Below are positions 12,626 through 27,073 of a DNA stretch of 64,000 nucleotides, one piece after another. The stretch lies in the NCBI RefSeq assembly GCF_009914755.1, contig NC_060927.1; one strand, given 5' to 3'. Origin of the DNA: the human T2T-CHM13v2.0 reference genome, Homo sapiens. A program made the translations under genes and the position numbers. The number at the start of each line of letters is the position of its first letter. Position 1 is the first letter of the stretch. The notes below the pieces were generated by a model. That model saw only the letters and a list, made by a program, of their open reading frames with translations, made no database searches and had not been told where the DNA came from.

Positions 12626-12986
12626 TGTTATGGACTGAAGTTTGTCTGCCCCAGATTCGTATGATGAAGCCCTAACTTCCAGTGTTATGGTACTAAGAGG
12701 TGAGACCTTTGGGAGGTAATTAGGTTTAGAGGCAATCAGGAGGGTGGAGCCCCCATGACAAGATTAGTGCCCTTATAAGGACAAAGATACTAGAGAATCC
12801 TCTCTCCTGTGAGAATACAATGAGAAGATGATCATCTACAAGCCAGGAGGAAGTCCCTTGCCAAACACAGAATCTGCTGGCACCTTAACCTTAGGCTTTT
12901 AAGCCTCCAGAACTGTGATAAATGTCTGGTGTTTAAACCGCCCATTCTATGGTATTTTGTTATAGAAGCCAGAGCTGACTAAGACT
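12626..12986 (+). mobile_element. MLT1A/MLT1A0 MaLR solo LTR
   Basis: tgttatggactgaagtttgt...gggaggtaattaggtttag...cctccagaactgtga...gctgactaagac. Confidence 0.85.
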
Positions 12987-13852
12987 ATTTTCCAAATTTA
13001 TTATAATTTTTCTAGGCACTGAGAAGCACAATGTCTGCTGAAGGTGAAAGTACCTCTAGCGACAGGGAGCTACCAATTCACTAACTATAACAATGACCTA
13101 GAATGTTTTGTGAATGTATTCTTTCGTGTTTGTGACTGCACATGTGAGAACCCACAGCTTTGCCTACTCAGAGGTATATGAAGGAGTGGGATGGTATGAA
13201 AATGGTCACTGTTAGAGTCTAAATGCCCTAAGTCACCAAATCAGAACACATATTCATAACCAAGACTGTCTGGATGCCCACCTTTATGTAGTAGAATGTC
13301 CCAAATTCTCAGCAATATCGTAAAGGCTGGAAGTAGAGTTATGGTTTTCCTGACGTGTTCTTGCTGTAACTATTTCCTCACAAGTTCCTGTGGTGAGCAT
13401 CCTTCTCATTAGTCCACTTTCATCAACACTGGAAATCACTCCCTACCTTCCATTTTCCTAGTGCTCTTGGGTTTAGTTGAGTGTTAAGGAGTACCTAGAG
13501 CAAATTTTAATATGAGGAATGAAGTACAGTACCAGACAAGTTGGTGAAGAGGAATAGGAGGAGGAGAAGGAAAAGAGAGGGAGTGAGCAGAGGAGGGGGA
13601 GGTGAGAGGTATGTGGGGGAGTAAACCAATGAGGAAGAAAAATTATTATTTATTATTATTATTGTCTCATCACTGGGAATTTCAAAGGTTATATTCCTCT
13701 ATTGTCTGGTCCCCTTGCTGTGTAACTCAGGCTGCTTTTTCTTGTTATACCATTATTACATCTCTCCGTTCTCTCTATTAACACATATCACCAACTCTCT
13801 ATGACTGGACAATGTAAAATTTTTATCATTTTACTATGCAGAACAAGTCAGC

Positions 13853-14677
13853 TTTTTTTTTTTTTTTTTTTTTAATATAGAGATGGGGTTTTGCCATGTT
13901 GCCCAGATTGATCTTGAACTCCTGAACTCAAGTGATCTGCCTGCCTTGGCCTCCCAAAGTGCTGTTGATACAGGAGAGACAAAGAAATTATTTAGACAGA
14001 TAGTGAGTGTAAAAGAGTCCTTGGTGGACCTTCCCTTTTAACAAAAAGCAGCCCCAAATCATTTCTTTTCTAACTAAGGGCATTCTAAAATATCAAGCTG
14101 CACACATAAATAGGCAAGCTGGAAGCTTGCATGGGGGAATGCCAGCAGCTGCGCCAATAGAAAAGGACTACCTGAAGGCAAGGCATGTCCAACATTGAGG
14201 CTCCTTCTTCCCTTTTCTTTGTCACCACGTGTACAGTAAAGAAACAGGCAACATGGCACTGGCCAGGCAGAAAACTCATCTGCATAATAAAAGATTAGGT
14301 TGTGGTGGCCAGATTTTCACACCCTATGCAAATGGCACACCTAGCCTTAACCAGTGTTTTGCGCTTTATGCAAATGACACACCTAGTCCAACCAGTCTTT
14401 TGTGCTATATGTAAATCAGACACTGCTTCCTCAAACTCATCCAAAAAACGCTTTGCATTCCATCGCAGAACTGGCAACCCATTTCTCCAAGACCCCTTTC
14501 TCTGCAGCAGAGAAAGCCCTTCTCTTTATTTAGCCTATTAAACCTTCCCTCTTAACCTCACTCTTTGTGTGTCCAAGTCCTTGATTTCCTTGGCATGAGA
14601 CAAAAAACCTCGAGTATCACCCCAGTTAAACACTGCCACTTCACTGGGATTACAGGTGTGAGCCACCACACCCAGCC
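13853..14677 (-). mobile_element. FLAM_C-like Alu monomer split by an LTR (pieces 13853-13965 and 14644-14677)
   Basis: Poly-T, gagatggggttttgccatgttgccc...ctcccaaagtgctg | ctgggattacaggtgtgagccaccacacccagcc. Confidence 0.85.
13966..14643 (+). mobile_element. ERV1 solo LTR, LTR9-family-like (HUERS-P3 group)
   Basis: TG...CA termini (tgatacaggag...gccacttca); aagaaattatttagacagatagtgag...aaaaagcagccccaaatc; 4-bp TSD ctgt/ctgg; attaaa poly(A)-like signal near 14537. Confidence 0.75.
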
Positions 14678-14819
14678 TCAGCTCTCCTTTTAGGCAATGT
14701 CCTTCCATAGCATGACATAACGTATCTTTTATAGGCCAAGATGCTCCTTGAAGTATTTTCACCCTACCTAGATTCAGTCAGCAACATTCACTAATTAAGA
14801 GAAAGCAGAGACTTCTGAG

Positions 14820-15330
14820 TATATACTTAACAGTATCGAAAGTGGTGACTCAGACATATATTTGCACACAAATGTTTATAAAAGGATTATTCACAACAGT
14901 CAAAAAAGCATAAATGGCCCAAATGGATGAATGGACGAACAAAATGTGGTTTATACTGTGCATACAATGGAATATTATTAAGTCTTTAAAATGAAAGAAA
15001 TTTTGACACAGGCCACAAAATGGGTGAACCTTGAGGACATTATACTAAGTAAACCAGACACAAAAGGACAAACACTGTATAACTCCATTTATACCTCATA
15101 CCTACAGTAGTCAAATTCATTGAGATGAAAAGAAGAATGATGGTTGCCAGGGTCTCGGGAGAGGGAGAAATGATGAATGCAGAATTTCAATTTTGGAAGA
15201 TGAAAAATTTCTGAAGACAGATGGCGGTGACGAATGCACAATGTAAATATACTTACACTTAAAATGGTACATTTAAAAATGGTTAAAATGGTAAAGTTTA
15301 TAGTATATCTATTTTATCACCAAAAAAAGA
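14820..15330 (+). mobile_element. L1MB 3' end
   Basis: tacaatggaatattatt...tgaaccttgaggacattatactaagt...tggttgccaggg...aaaaatggttaaaatggtaa, then A-tail. Confidence 0.8.
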
Positions 15331-15993
15331 AAGCAGAAAAAAATGTATTTTAAAAAGCCAATGTTTTGAATTGTAAGACCTGGGCAATTGAGCCACAGTG
15401 TATAAAACCTCCATCATAAAAAGACAGATTGAGAGAAATGCATGCTCATGTAAGAGCTAATTTTCTCAGTTCAAAGGAAAACACCAATCCTTGGGGTGAA
15501 GAAGAGAGGAAAGAGAGGAGAAGGTAAAAAGCTAGCATTGGTTGTTAAATAAGAAGGTGAGTAGCAGAATGACAGGATAGCCATGTGATTTTTGGAGAAA
15601 ATAGGCAAAAGGAAACTTGTTCCAGCTGTATCCTCCATCTTCACTCTACCCTAACACCAGGAAGGACTGGTGAAACAGCAAATACCCAGAGTTTCCTTGT
15701 GTTCACCATAGTTCAAAAGAAAAACATATGTCTGCATGAGAGGTAGGGGAGATCTAAGCAAATGAGTCTGAGTCAATCTCACAGAATCCCAGAATGCTCC
15801 TGTGACAGGGAGTTCAGTAAAATGAATTCTCATGCACCTCAGAGTAGCATTGACACTATTATTGCCTTAGAGATCCCTTTCAGTGTTCCAGATATTTAGA
15901 GTGTCATGGGAGGAATGACTGAATATATTTCAAAACACTTAATGATGTGTAGAAATGGCTGAAAGTGAGGTGATCCGCCGAGACCCTGTGGTT

Positions 15994-16108
15994 TAGAACT
16001 GTGGTGTCCAATGCTAGCCACATGATGCTAGTGGCTTCCCATTTGAACAGTACTGATACAAGACATTTCCAAAACTGCAGAAAGTTCTATTGTACAGTGC
16101 TGGTTTAG
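15994..16108. mobile_element. MER3-like hAT MITE, internally deleted
   Basis: tgtccaatgctagccacatg...gaaagttctattgtacagtgctg. Confidence 0.55.
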
Positions 16109-16267
16109 AACAAAGGGCAACAATAGCAACTTATGTGGCTGGACAACCAAGAATAATGTGGGATAGACTCTGAGTGCATCCCAGCTCTTGCCAGTACAAA
16201 CAGAAAAGGACAAAGAACAGGATGTCTCCTGCCCCTTGACATTTTTAAAGCACCCAAGATTTAGGTA

Positions 16268-16859
16268 TAGTAACTCTTCATTGAATGTTGTCAATGAGTT
16301 GTTGGAAATTGCAACTTTAAGCAGAACAACAGGCAGCAAACTAATTTTACTACAGGCTAATTTATATAAACAAGTTATGTTTCTATGGCATATTTCTGAT
16401 TACAAAAACATCACCAAACTTCTACATAAAGACCAAAACATTTCTGATATTCAACATTAAAATAAATGTGAGCTATATACACATTTAAGAAAGATTAATG
16501 AAAGCAAGATAATTATTTACCCAGTTATTCCAGCTCAGGGTCACAGGTGGCCAGAGACTCTCCCCATAGCTCAGGGTGCAAGGCAGAAGCCCACCTTGCA
16601 TAGGACACCATTCCATCACAGAATGCAGGTTCACACACAGTCACACTCACTCACACTGAGACAAGGTAGGCATGCCAGTTAACCTCACGTGAACTTCTTT
16701 GGGATGTGGGAGGAAACCAGAGTACCCAGAGAAAACACACGCAGACATGGGAGAAATGCAAACTCCACACAGTGGCCCTGGCCAAGAAATGACATTTTTT
16801 CTCTTCAATTTTATAGCAAGATAATGTTGAAGTAAATGATGCCATTTGAGTACCTGCTG
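16268..16859 (-). mobile_element. MER6A-like Tc-Mariner/Tigger MITE
   Basis: ttgggatgtgggaggaaaccagagtacccagagaaaacacacgcagacatgggagaaatgcaaactccacacag...gagtacctgctg; flanked by TA; about 590 bp. Confidence 0.75.
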
Positions 16860-18489
16860 TATATTCCAGGAAAGACTGAACACAATTAAAATTGTATCTT
16901 TACAATACATACAACGGAGGCTCAAAATAATAGACATTAAGTTCGGTTTGAAGAAAAAAAAGTAAATTTCCTGCATATGTACCTCCTGGATTAAAATTTA
17001 TACTACATCACACAGGAATCACACTTGTCTGAGATGAAACAAGCCACATTATTGTGTAAAAGTGACTGCAACAACTTTTTTAAAATAAAAATTGTGTTCC
17101 AATCAGCACCTAGATGAAATGCCCAGCACAGTGCCTAGTTTATCTGCCTAGTTAATAGATGACACTCAAAACTGATTGCTTTTCTGATTACACGAAATAA
17201 AAGTACTATCTGAGAAGAAGCAAAATTCCCATGTCTACAAACAGGAAAGCTAACTTGGATAATAAGTGTGCAATGAGAGCCAAATGACCTTGAAGGCTTC
17301 TAAATCAGAAAACTCAGTATATGTTTGATGCAACGGTCCCTGAGAAAGTTTTATGATTTCAAAATCATATATTATATCAGGTTATTTTGCCCACTGGCAG
17401 TACCGGAATTGGCAAAGCTGTACTTTCAAATTCACACTAATCAGTTAACAGTTGTTGAAATCAAATTGCAGCCAAGGTTGTTAGAGTCACTGATAAAATA
17501 AACAGTTGTTGAGAGGGGGTGGCACAAGGCAGTGAGATCACACTAGCAGCTGGGACTCAGGGTGGGAAGATGCCTGGGAAGTCAGAAGGCAGTTAAGACC
17601 TCCACAACCTACACATTTGCAGACACTAGTTTAAGCTACTGACTCCTTTAGTCTTGAACTCTCCTAAAGGTGGGGGATCTTAACTGCATTTGCAATTACC
17701 AGAAAAGGTAAATAAATGGTAAACCGCTGAATCCACTGGCAATCCAAATTGCGAGATTTAAAGCTGGGCTGGGAATTTGAGAAAAATAGAGTTGGTAAAT
17801 TAGCTACTTGGTACAACTTCTACAGATGTTTTTTTGTGAGCTCTGAGTTTCTGGAAAAGCTAAAGTTCCCTGCAGTCTCCACCTACTTCCAAAGCAGTCA
17901 CCATGGCTCGCTGTCAGCCAAGTTTCCTGCCAACAGTCCCTGTGTGGGGGAAGGAAAGAATCAAAGAAGGACAACTGGACAAAGGTAGTATGACTTCATC
18001 CAACTAGATATTTTTTCTCCCTCATTACTAAGTCACAGTTCTGGGTCTTTTTTCAGTTGACCTTTTCTAGGTCCATGTTCAGCATTATGTATAGAGAAAA
18101 ACTGTACATTTTCACCAGGAATGGTTTGTACTTGGTTATTTTAAAATTCAATATAGATGAGTTTCAAATTTGTCTTCTACCTCAAAATGCAGCAAATTCC
18201 AAGAATGGAGTTTAAATGAGCATTGTGTAAAAAGCTCATTCAAAGAAGCTCGGTCCTCATTTACAGGGAATGAGAAAATACCTAAAAAGAATGTGGAGGC
18301 TGAGGCCAAAGTGTCAGATAAGTTTTTTTTAAAGAAAGAAAACCTCAGGGAAATTTTTAAAAACTATTTTTCATTTTAAAAGTTAAGGAAGGGAGATGTA
18401 TAATTTTTAGGGTGTCAAAACCGGCCATGTAAGTATATGCAATCATGGTTTTGATTATGGTTAAGTAAATGAAGAGGAGAGGAAACTGT

Positions 18490-18690
18490 CATACTTATGG
18501 ACCTGCTTATTTGTGATTGCGCTTATTACTGTATGTACATCTCACAGTAATCTACAGACAGCTTACAACAGTGCTGCACACGATTAATCTGACTTCACAG
18601 TGAGACGCTGAGAAAGGTGAAGTAAGTGGACTGAGAGCCACAGCTCCCAAGGGCAGTGCTTGGATAGGAACTCAGATCTTTACCTTCAAA
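18490..18690 (-). mobile_element. MIR
   Basis: gctgagaaaggtgaagtaagtggactgagagccacagct...gaactcagatct. Confidence 0.5.
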
Positions 18691-19537
18691 GGTAAGCTAC
18701 AAATTCAAAAACTAATAACCACAGACTATTTTCAGTAGTAACTGAAACTAATTCAGCAAATACTAACTGAGTGTCTATTGTGTATTGACCACCTAACAAA
18801 TAGTGAATTTTGGAAATATGTCAGACCTAGATAAACTCTGATAATCTTGACAACTCTTCAGTCTCCATTTACTTCAGAGGCAATTAGAAAGAAAGAAACA
18901 GGCCTGCCTTCACTTCTCAACCATCAGAGGCCTGTACAGACCCTTCCAGTTACTTTCCTTCCTTATATCATCTGGGAATGTATTAAACCTGCATTCTGGG
19001 CCTATGGCTTTCATACATTCGGTCACAAATAGAAAGCAATGTTAAGTCCTGGGTTGCTACCTGTAATGGCAGTCCTATCCAGCCCCTCTCTGTCTGATGC
19101 TAAGGCTCAATGAAATCAAGGCCAGACAGAATTGAGGACCAGTCCAAAGTTATTCTCTACTCCATCATTTATTCTAAGCTGCCAGTGATCTTTATAATTG
19201 GTAGCTAATTTCTTAATGGCATATCCAGTTTCTTGCTGATAAACAAAACAGTGGCAAGGAAAACAGCAAATATGGACAGATTTAGGATTTTTAATATTAT
19301 ATTTACAGACAATCCAAATGTTCAGAGTAACTCATTATGCAAATTCTGATTTGGCTTTTAAGTAAAGTATATTTTCTAAGTACTAGTATTTTAAAGGAAT
19401 TGCCTAAATAATATGTAACAAAAACAAACAAAACAAAATCTCATATGAGAGTTTCCTTGTTGTCTTATTGTAAATTATTCCAGATCTACATTTCTTTGGC
19501 AAAATATTCAAATATGGCAGCAGTGAATTAATTAATC

Positions 19538-19705
19538 CATCCTTCCTTCCTTCCTTTCTTCATTCCTTCCTCCCTCCCTCCCCCTCTCCCTTCCTTCCTT
19601 TCTACCGTTCTTCCTTCTTCTCTCCCTCTTTTCCTTCTCTCACTTCCTCACTCCCTTTTTCTTTGCTTGCTTCTTTCTCACTCTCCCTGTCTCCTTCCTT
19701 CCATT
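19538..19705. repeat. CT-rich polypyrimidine low-complexity tract (CCTT/CCCT)
   Basis: Seen directly. Confidence 0.9.
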
Positions 19706-20296
19706 TACATACTGCAATTAACACGACTAACCCATGCTTATTTTTCAGAGCACTTATATCTGAAGAATCTCCAGTAATATAGCTAATTATGTAATATTGA
19801 TTGCACAGTTGAATCCCTAAAATAATGATTTCATTCTACTTTCACTGTAAGTCTGTTTATTTTACCCACAGAATTAATTGTAGTGGTAAAATATGTTTCT
19901 CCCTTTATATTCCTGACTGGTGTAATCAAATAATTTCTTAAAGCACATCACTTTTCATTTTAAATGTAGCTTTAAAAACCAGGTTAACAACTGCCTACAT
20001 TTAACTGTAGATTTTATGTGCTATAATATTATATGTCATCTATTACCTGTTTTATAGGCTTGGCAGAATAAAATAATCATTGATCTTTTTTTCATATGAA
20101 TGTTACTAAGAAAAATGGTATAAACGTCAACCGATTAAAATATTACTTAAGATGCTTTATTAAAATTTATTTTAAAGCAGTTTTTCTTATAAAGACTTGA
20201 CAAATCTAGAGAACATCTCATTTAATCTCATTTATGAGGATGTTTTGCATGCAAAGAACAACCTGAGGGAGTGTGAGATTCCAGAAAGGCTTGGGC

Positions 20297-20669
20297 TAAT
20301 ATGGTTTGGCTGTGTCCCCACCCAAATGTCATCTCGAATTGTAATCCCAATAATCTGCACGTGTCAAGGGAGAGACCCAGTGGGAGTTGATTGGATCATG
20401 AGGGGCGGGTTTCCCCCATACTGTTCTTGTGATAGTGAGTTCTCATGAGATCTGATGATCATATAAGCACCTTGCATTTCCCCTGCTTGCTCTTCTCTCT
20501 CCTGCTGCCATGTGAAGAAGATCTTTGCTTCCTCTTCGCCTTCTGCCATGATTGTGGGTTTCCTGAGGCCTCCTCCAGCCATGTGGAACTGAGAATCAAT
20601 TAAACCTCTTTTCTTTATGTTACCCAGTCTCAGGTATTTCTTTATACCATGTAAAAACTGGCTAATACC
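20297..20669 (+). mobile_element. THE1D/THE1C-like MaLR solo LTR
   Basis: taatatggtttggctgtgtccccacccaaat...ccagccatgtggaactgag...aattaaacctcttttc...ctaatac. Confidence 0.88.
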
Positions 20670-21119
20670 GGCTGTATAGAGTGCTAGGACATGTAGGCAG
20701 TTCTTACAGAACTGCTGTGCAAATTGCTTCTTGCACAAATCAAGAGGGGAAGAAAGATGGGAGAATCACAATCTTCTCTGTAGTTTTGTTTTTATAAACA
20801 TTGATAACAACTGGAAAAAGAACAATTGCCAATTAAAATCTCTGTATGATTCTATAAGAATCTCTTATGATTACTTGCTTGAAATATCCCATAATAGGAA
20901 TTCATCAAATTTGAAGAGTGTGAATTGGAGTAGAATTGGAAAGCCTCTACTAAGAAAAAAGAAAAGAGCAATCATCATTGCCACCCTCACAGCTACCCAA
21001 GACAAGTACAGTATTACTAAGGCTAGGTGTGTTCCAACAAAAAAGATACGGAGTGATATTTCATTTAGTCCACATATAACCTGAGATGCACTTAGTAGTA
21101 TTTTCCCCACTTTGAAATC

Positions 21120-21280
21120 TTTCTAGCCATAGTAGTATTATCTCCATTTTACATGTGAGAAAACTGAGGCACAGGGAGACCAAGTAACTTTCCCTACATT
21201 ATATATCTAGTAAGTGGTAAATCTACAATACAAACCTAGGACTCTGTGATTCCAAAACCCATGGTCTTAAGCACCACCAT
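21120..21280 (-). mobile_element. MIR
   Basis: tctccattttacatgtgagaaaactgaggcacagggagaccaagtaactt. Confidence 0.75.
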
Positions 21281-23217
21281 CTTGATACTCAATATGTGGT
21301 CTGTGGACAGGCATTGTCAGCTTTACCTGTGGCTTTTTTAGGAGTACATAATCTGATTTAATTGCATACTGACATTCAGAAGCACTGCTCTATACTATAA
21401 CAATAATATGAATAATAATAGCATATATGACATTATATGTTTATTTATAACTTAAAAGTATGTGCACATATGCTACTTAGCTGTGGGTGATACAAGGCTG
21501 GAAGGCAAATAAGGATGATGTTTTAGAAGAAAAAGAGTCCACACTGAAGTTTCTGAGATAACATGGACACAGTGTACTCCTGGAGGATTAAGAGGGGAGT
21601 CATCATAGATTGATGTCCCCAGGAACTATTTAGCAGGATGACATCATGAAAATTTGCTAAATTTTGCCCAGGAAAGGTTGTCCAGCCACATCAAGAATCT
21701 TACCAAGAGTGACACTAACAGTAAGAATATAATGAAAGAAAGCCATTTTATAAGAGTTTGTTTTCATTTACACAAGAAGAAATCCTGGCAAAGCAACTCT
21801 TCAGACCCAGAAGATATTTAAAGCTTCAGTCTCTTTCATTGAAAGTTTTAAATAGCTCAAAGCACCAAATTTAATTAATTTATATTGAATGCAAAACCGG
21901 ATATAATTATTTTATCATAAATGCAAGTCAGCTAAAAAACAAAAGGATAGGCTAGAATTTATTTTTTCCCAATTCTTTGACTTTGTCCAAATAAGAGCCA
22001 GTTCACTAAAGAGAATCAATCTGCCAAATTAGTAGTACTGAATTTACTACTTAAATTATTTAAAGTGTATTGGTTTCTTTTGCTTGTCTCTTTATAAATT
22101 ATAAGCTTTATTCTTCATTTATTCCACAACATTCCACACACATTTATGATTGCCAGTGTCAGTTCAATATCATGGCTGCAGACCACCTAACACATGCAAG
22201 GAAGAAAGAAAATAGCTTCTATTGAACCAGATCAATAACTAGAAATGGAAACAAACAGTGAATATAGAAAAAAAAAATTACAAACATTAAAGATGGCAGG
22301 AAGATCCAAAGATGTGAAAGGAAGGCAGGTATCCTGGAATCCTAGTATTTCAAAAACTGAAGATATGGAAAATGTGACCAGAGTAAAAGCACAGTATAAA
22401 GAATTATATATGTAATAAAACATTTCCATGAAACTACAGAATTGCATATTAAATATAAACAAAGTTCATCTATTTGTCAACTTTAAATCTCCAAAATAAT
22501 TTCAGGAACCAAAATTCAATTTGGAATATTTCTCTTTGCTCCTGTAGTGAGTATTTTTTTCTTCAAGTTGTTCTTTTAGCTTACTTGGCTGTAATAATAA
22601 AAGTAAAGCTAATTTCCCCTCTCCCTGCCAATTACTGTAAAGAAAGACCATCTAAACCAGTTAAATACAGGCAACATGATACATAGATGAGAAAGCAATA
22701 TCTACGTGCATTTATTTTTTATTAGCCAAGAATTTCTTTAAATTTATTTTAAAGAAAGAAATTTTAAACATTTATTTTTTAAAACAAATTTTTAAAAAAT
22801 CCTCTGAAGAGCTCAAAGGCATCAGCAAACGATATGCAATTTAAAATAACATATATAATGTATCATGTTTTCAAAGGAATTCTAAGAGTAACGTGAGCGC
22901 TCCAATTCTACATGCTCACCTCTCACAGATTCTCAACACTTTCTAATGAAGTTAGAAATCAATGAGTTTAACACAAGCATTGAGATTTTCCTCATCATTT
23001 TGGACTAACAGTTTCTGAGACCAGTGTGTTTGGCCTTAAATAGAGTGGAAGTTATTAAGTAACACCTAAACTGAGAGTTAACTGATGGGAAGTTTTTTGC
23101 TGTTGTTGATATGGATTGCTCTCCTTTTTAAGGAGTATGTTAGCTTTTATTTTTGCCAGAAATATGATTTTCAGGACCTCGCAATTATCCTAACAATTTG
23201 AAGTCTTAAGAAAAAAG

Positions 23218-23602
<385 letters not shown>

Positions 23603-24685
23603 TTAATTATTTTCATTCAGCTAAAATGGAACATATTCATCAGATCTACCATATAGTATGTCTGTGATCACTAAATTATATTGTGTGGAAAGAATGGTTC
23701 TATTTTGGCTAGTAGGCACAGCAATGTGGTATTTTTTTTTTCTTTCTCTTTTTTTTTTTCTTTTTGGTAGTGACGGTGGTGAAGAATGGTTTCTCAAAGT
23801 CATTGTGAAAACTATTAGAATAATGCCATTTATATAGCAAGTTAAATGTACAGACAAGTCTGTTCTGCCGATTTTAAATTTAAACTGAACTTCTTAACCT
23901 CCTCCAGGAGTTCTGTGACACATATAGTGGGATTAATGAGCCTTGCTTCTAAAAGTCAACTCTTCCTAATACTCAGAGCCCAGTGCTCATCTAAAAACTA
24001 GAGCAATTGCTTGAAAAATAAAGACCTTTCTATAAAAAATTAAGCATCAAATTGACATTTTAAATTTTGCAAGCTAGATCAACTTCTTTTAAGAAAGTGT
24101 AAATAAAATCTACCACTTCTGAGAAATAATTAAAGGGCAGTGCTAGGAGGGTAATGTTAATTTGTCCAAGACTAAAATACCATCCCTACTCTGAAACTTG
24201 ATGCCAGTTAGAACATCATCTCAATCAGATTCCATTAGAATTGATACTCATATAAGCAGCAATTAATAAAAACCAGAAATTTTACTAATCTCTTTTACCT
24301 TCACTGAATGTATAAACGTTTAAAGTAAATTATAATGTCTTTAATAGGTAAATTTAAATTGAATTTCAGGAGTAGGTTGCCAATCTATCTTCATAAACAC
24401 ATTTTCTGATTGACTTTTCAGTCACTTCTACATAGTAGAAAGTTACAAGAATCAATGCATCAACCTTTCTACCTGGATATTATATAGTTCTACTATAAGG
24501 CTTTTGAACAAGCCAAATTATAACTGTAACATAAAGACCACAGACCTGGGGCATGTTAGATATGCCTCTCATGTCATGTCAGATAATACAAACAAGTGTC
24601 TGAAGCTGTCACATTTAAGTATTTATACTGGCTGGATCCCAAACTAATGATATAGGTAGCAAATATTGCAATAAAGTATTAATAT

Positions 24686-24991
24686 ATTTTTTTAATTTTA
24701 TTATTATTATACTTTAAGTTTTAGGATACATGTGCACAATGTGCAGGTTTGTTACATATGTATACATGTGCCATGTTGGTGTGCTACACCCATCAACTCG
24801 TCATTTAGCATTAGGTATATCTCCCAATGCTATCCCTCCCCCCTCCCCCAACCCCACAACAGTCCCCGAAGTGTGATGTTCCCCTTCCTGTGTCCATGTG
24901 TTCTCATTGTTCAATTCCCACCTATGAGTGAGAACATGCTGTGTTTGGTTTTTAGTCCTTGCGATAGTCTGCTGAGAATGATGGTTTCCAG
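24686..24991 (-). mobile_element. Young 5'-truncated L1PA (about 305 bp of 3' end)
   Basis: ttattattatactttaagttttagg...cccacctatgagtgagaacatg...gaatgatggtttccag; TSD agtattaatat at 24675-24685 and 24993-25003. Confidence 0.93.
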
Positions 24992-26804
24992 TAGTATTAA
25001 TATTTTGCTGAAGATATTTGCTGCTTATAAAATTTGAAAAGCTTTCTAAAATACAAAAGCTATATAGATGATATACTAAATAACAATGTTGATCACCTGA
25101 GTATTAACGTGTCTTCATTTTTGTTCAGATTTTTTTTTAAATAACAAAACTTGAACATTACAGAAATCTGGAAGTTTCCTTGTTTTTTCCTTACCTCTTC
25201 CAGTGTCACTCACTCCTCAGAACCACCTGCAAATAAGGACTTGTGTGGTCTCCCAGTCTATGTTTCATGTATTGTAAATTAATTTCAATCTCCCTCTCTC
25301 TCTCCTGCTTTCTCTTTCTCACTGGCATGTGATTTAAAAATACACACACATACACATATATTCTATAATTCTATTACATTTTGCAACTGGTGTTTCTTCC
25401 CCCAGCAGCATTGAGCTTTTGTGATATTTCCATGTAAAAATAATTCTTTCATTCCAGTTGTCTCTTAAGGTATATTTTATAATTAGATCTTAACATGTGT
25501 ATATATGTGTGTATATATATGTCTATATATGTATAAATGAAGTATATCAGTTTCCCATTGTTTATATTGTTTCTTTTTTTGCTACTAAAAACAAAAATGA
25601 ACATTTTTGAACCAAGTCTCCTGATACACATATGTAAGAAAGAGTTTTTCTACATACCTGCACTCAGTATTTTAAACCATGAGCCACAGTAAGAAGCTTG
25701 CATATGTGCATAAACATATGTATACATATACATAGGTATATATACACAATATATGTATGTTTTTTCTCTCTAAAATTATAAAATTTTCACTATGATTTTA
25801 GGTAAGTAAAATTAAAAACAAACTTGAAGCTCAAAATAATTATTTATCTGCCTCATTCCAAACAAGGCTCTTAAAACCAGATTCTGTCAATAGCACCTCA
25901 TAGGTAGCATAACTAATTAAGGTGATTCTAAAAATCAAATATGTACTTAATGAATTTTTTTACCTAAAAAAAGTAAGTAGAACTATCCGGAAAAAAAAAG
26001 GCATTTTCTTTATAGAGCTCCAAAAGCTCCATCTATCTGAGTACATAAATTCTATATATGTTAGAAAGTGGCAGAAAACGCTGGTTATCTGTCTTATATC
26101 ACAGGTTTTTTGGAAGGCAAAAACTGTTGCTTTGCAACATACTATGTGGTAAAAGTCACAGAAGCATTAACATGGTACATATGTACAGATGTTCTAAAGA
26201 ACATAAAGATGTTTTGATAAAACTGATTATTTTTCTATGTGATTTCTTTAAAGAAACTGCTTTAAAATGCCCCAATCTATTGTACAACTGGACTGTCATT
26301 TCTTTTACCTTCCATTTAAAAAAAAAACTTGAATATAGAAATTAAAAAATAAAGTTTCTTATCTCTATATATAGTCACTTAAAATACCTATTTTTTATTT
26401 GAGTCCCTTAAAATTCTTTGACAGGTCCTTGAAATAAATTTCATTTTAGAGTATTCAGGGAAAGACGTTCAAGAATTAACCACTAATTTTATCATTTTAA
26501 TATTTGCCCAAACTCAAGATAAAATGTGGAATAAGAGGTTATACTTCGAAGAAAGGCAAAATGCAAGTTATCTTACTTTTACTCTACTACTGTCTTGATT
26601 TATGAGCTTCAGAGAGAACCATCTGACATTGGCACACCTCTTCAGGATAAGAGAAATTACGTAGCGCTAAAGGAATTTCAGTAACAATGTTCTTGTGACT
26701 CTCAACCATACGTTATATGAATTACCTAAATAACTGCTTCAAACTCCCCTTCCTTTTCTACATGTAAATGGAACCATGAAATCCTAAACATACAACAAAC
26801 AGAG

Positions 26805-27073
26805 CAGTGCTTCTCAACAATCTTTGCTGAAGGACCAGCCCTACCCCCATCAGTCATAGACCAATACTTTTATAAAATACAATAAAAATGAGTTATCAGA
26901 AAAAATAAAATGAAATAGACTTACAAAATATAGCCATAATTCTTGATTGGTTTTCAAAGATGTGAAATTACTCTGTTAAGTTGCTATAAATACCTCTAAA
27001 TGCTCACTCTCAATTTCCATTAAACAGTTCTCAGATCAGTATGGGTCTGTGTACCACACTTTGAGAAGTACTG
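26805..27073. mobile_element. hAT-Charlie MITE (subfamily unresolved)
   Basis: Terminal inverted repeats cagtgcttctcaa ... ttgagaagtactg. Confidence 0.65.

Noticed and set aside
17505-17530. CTCF-like motif gagagggggtggcac
   Set aside because: Lacks the CC-containing 5' half of the core motif; cannot be supported by eye
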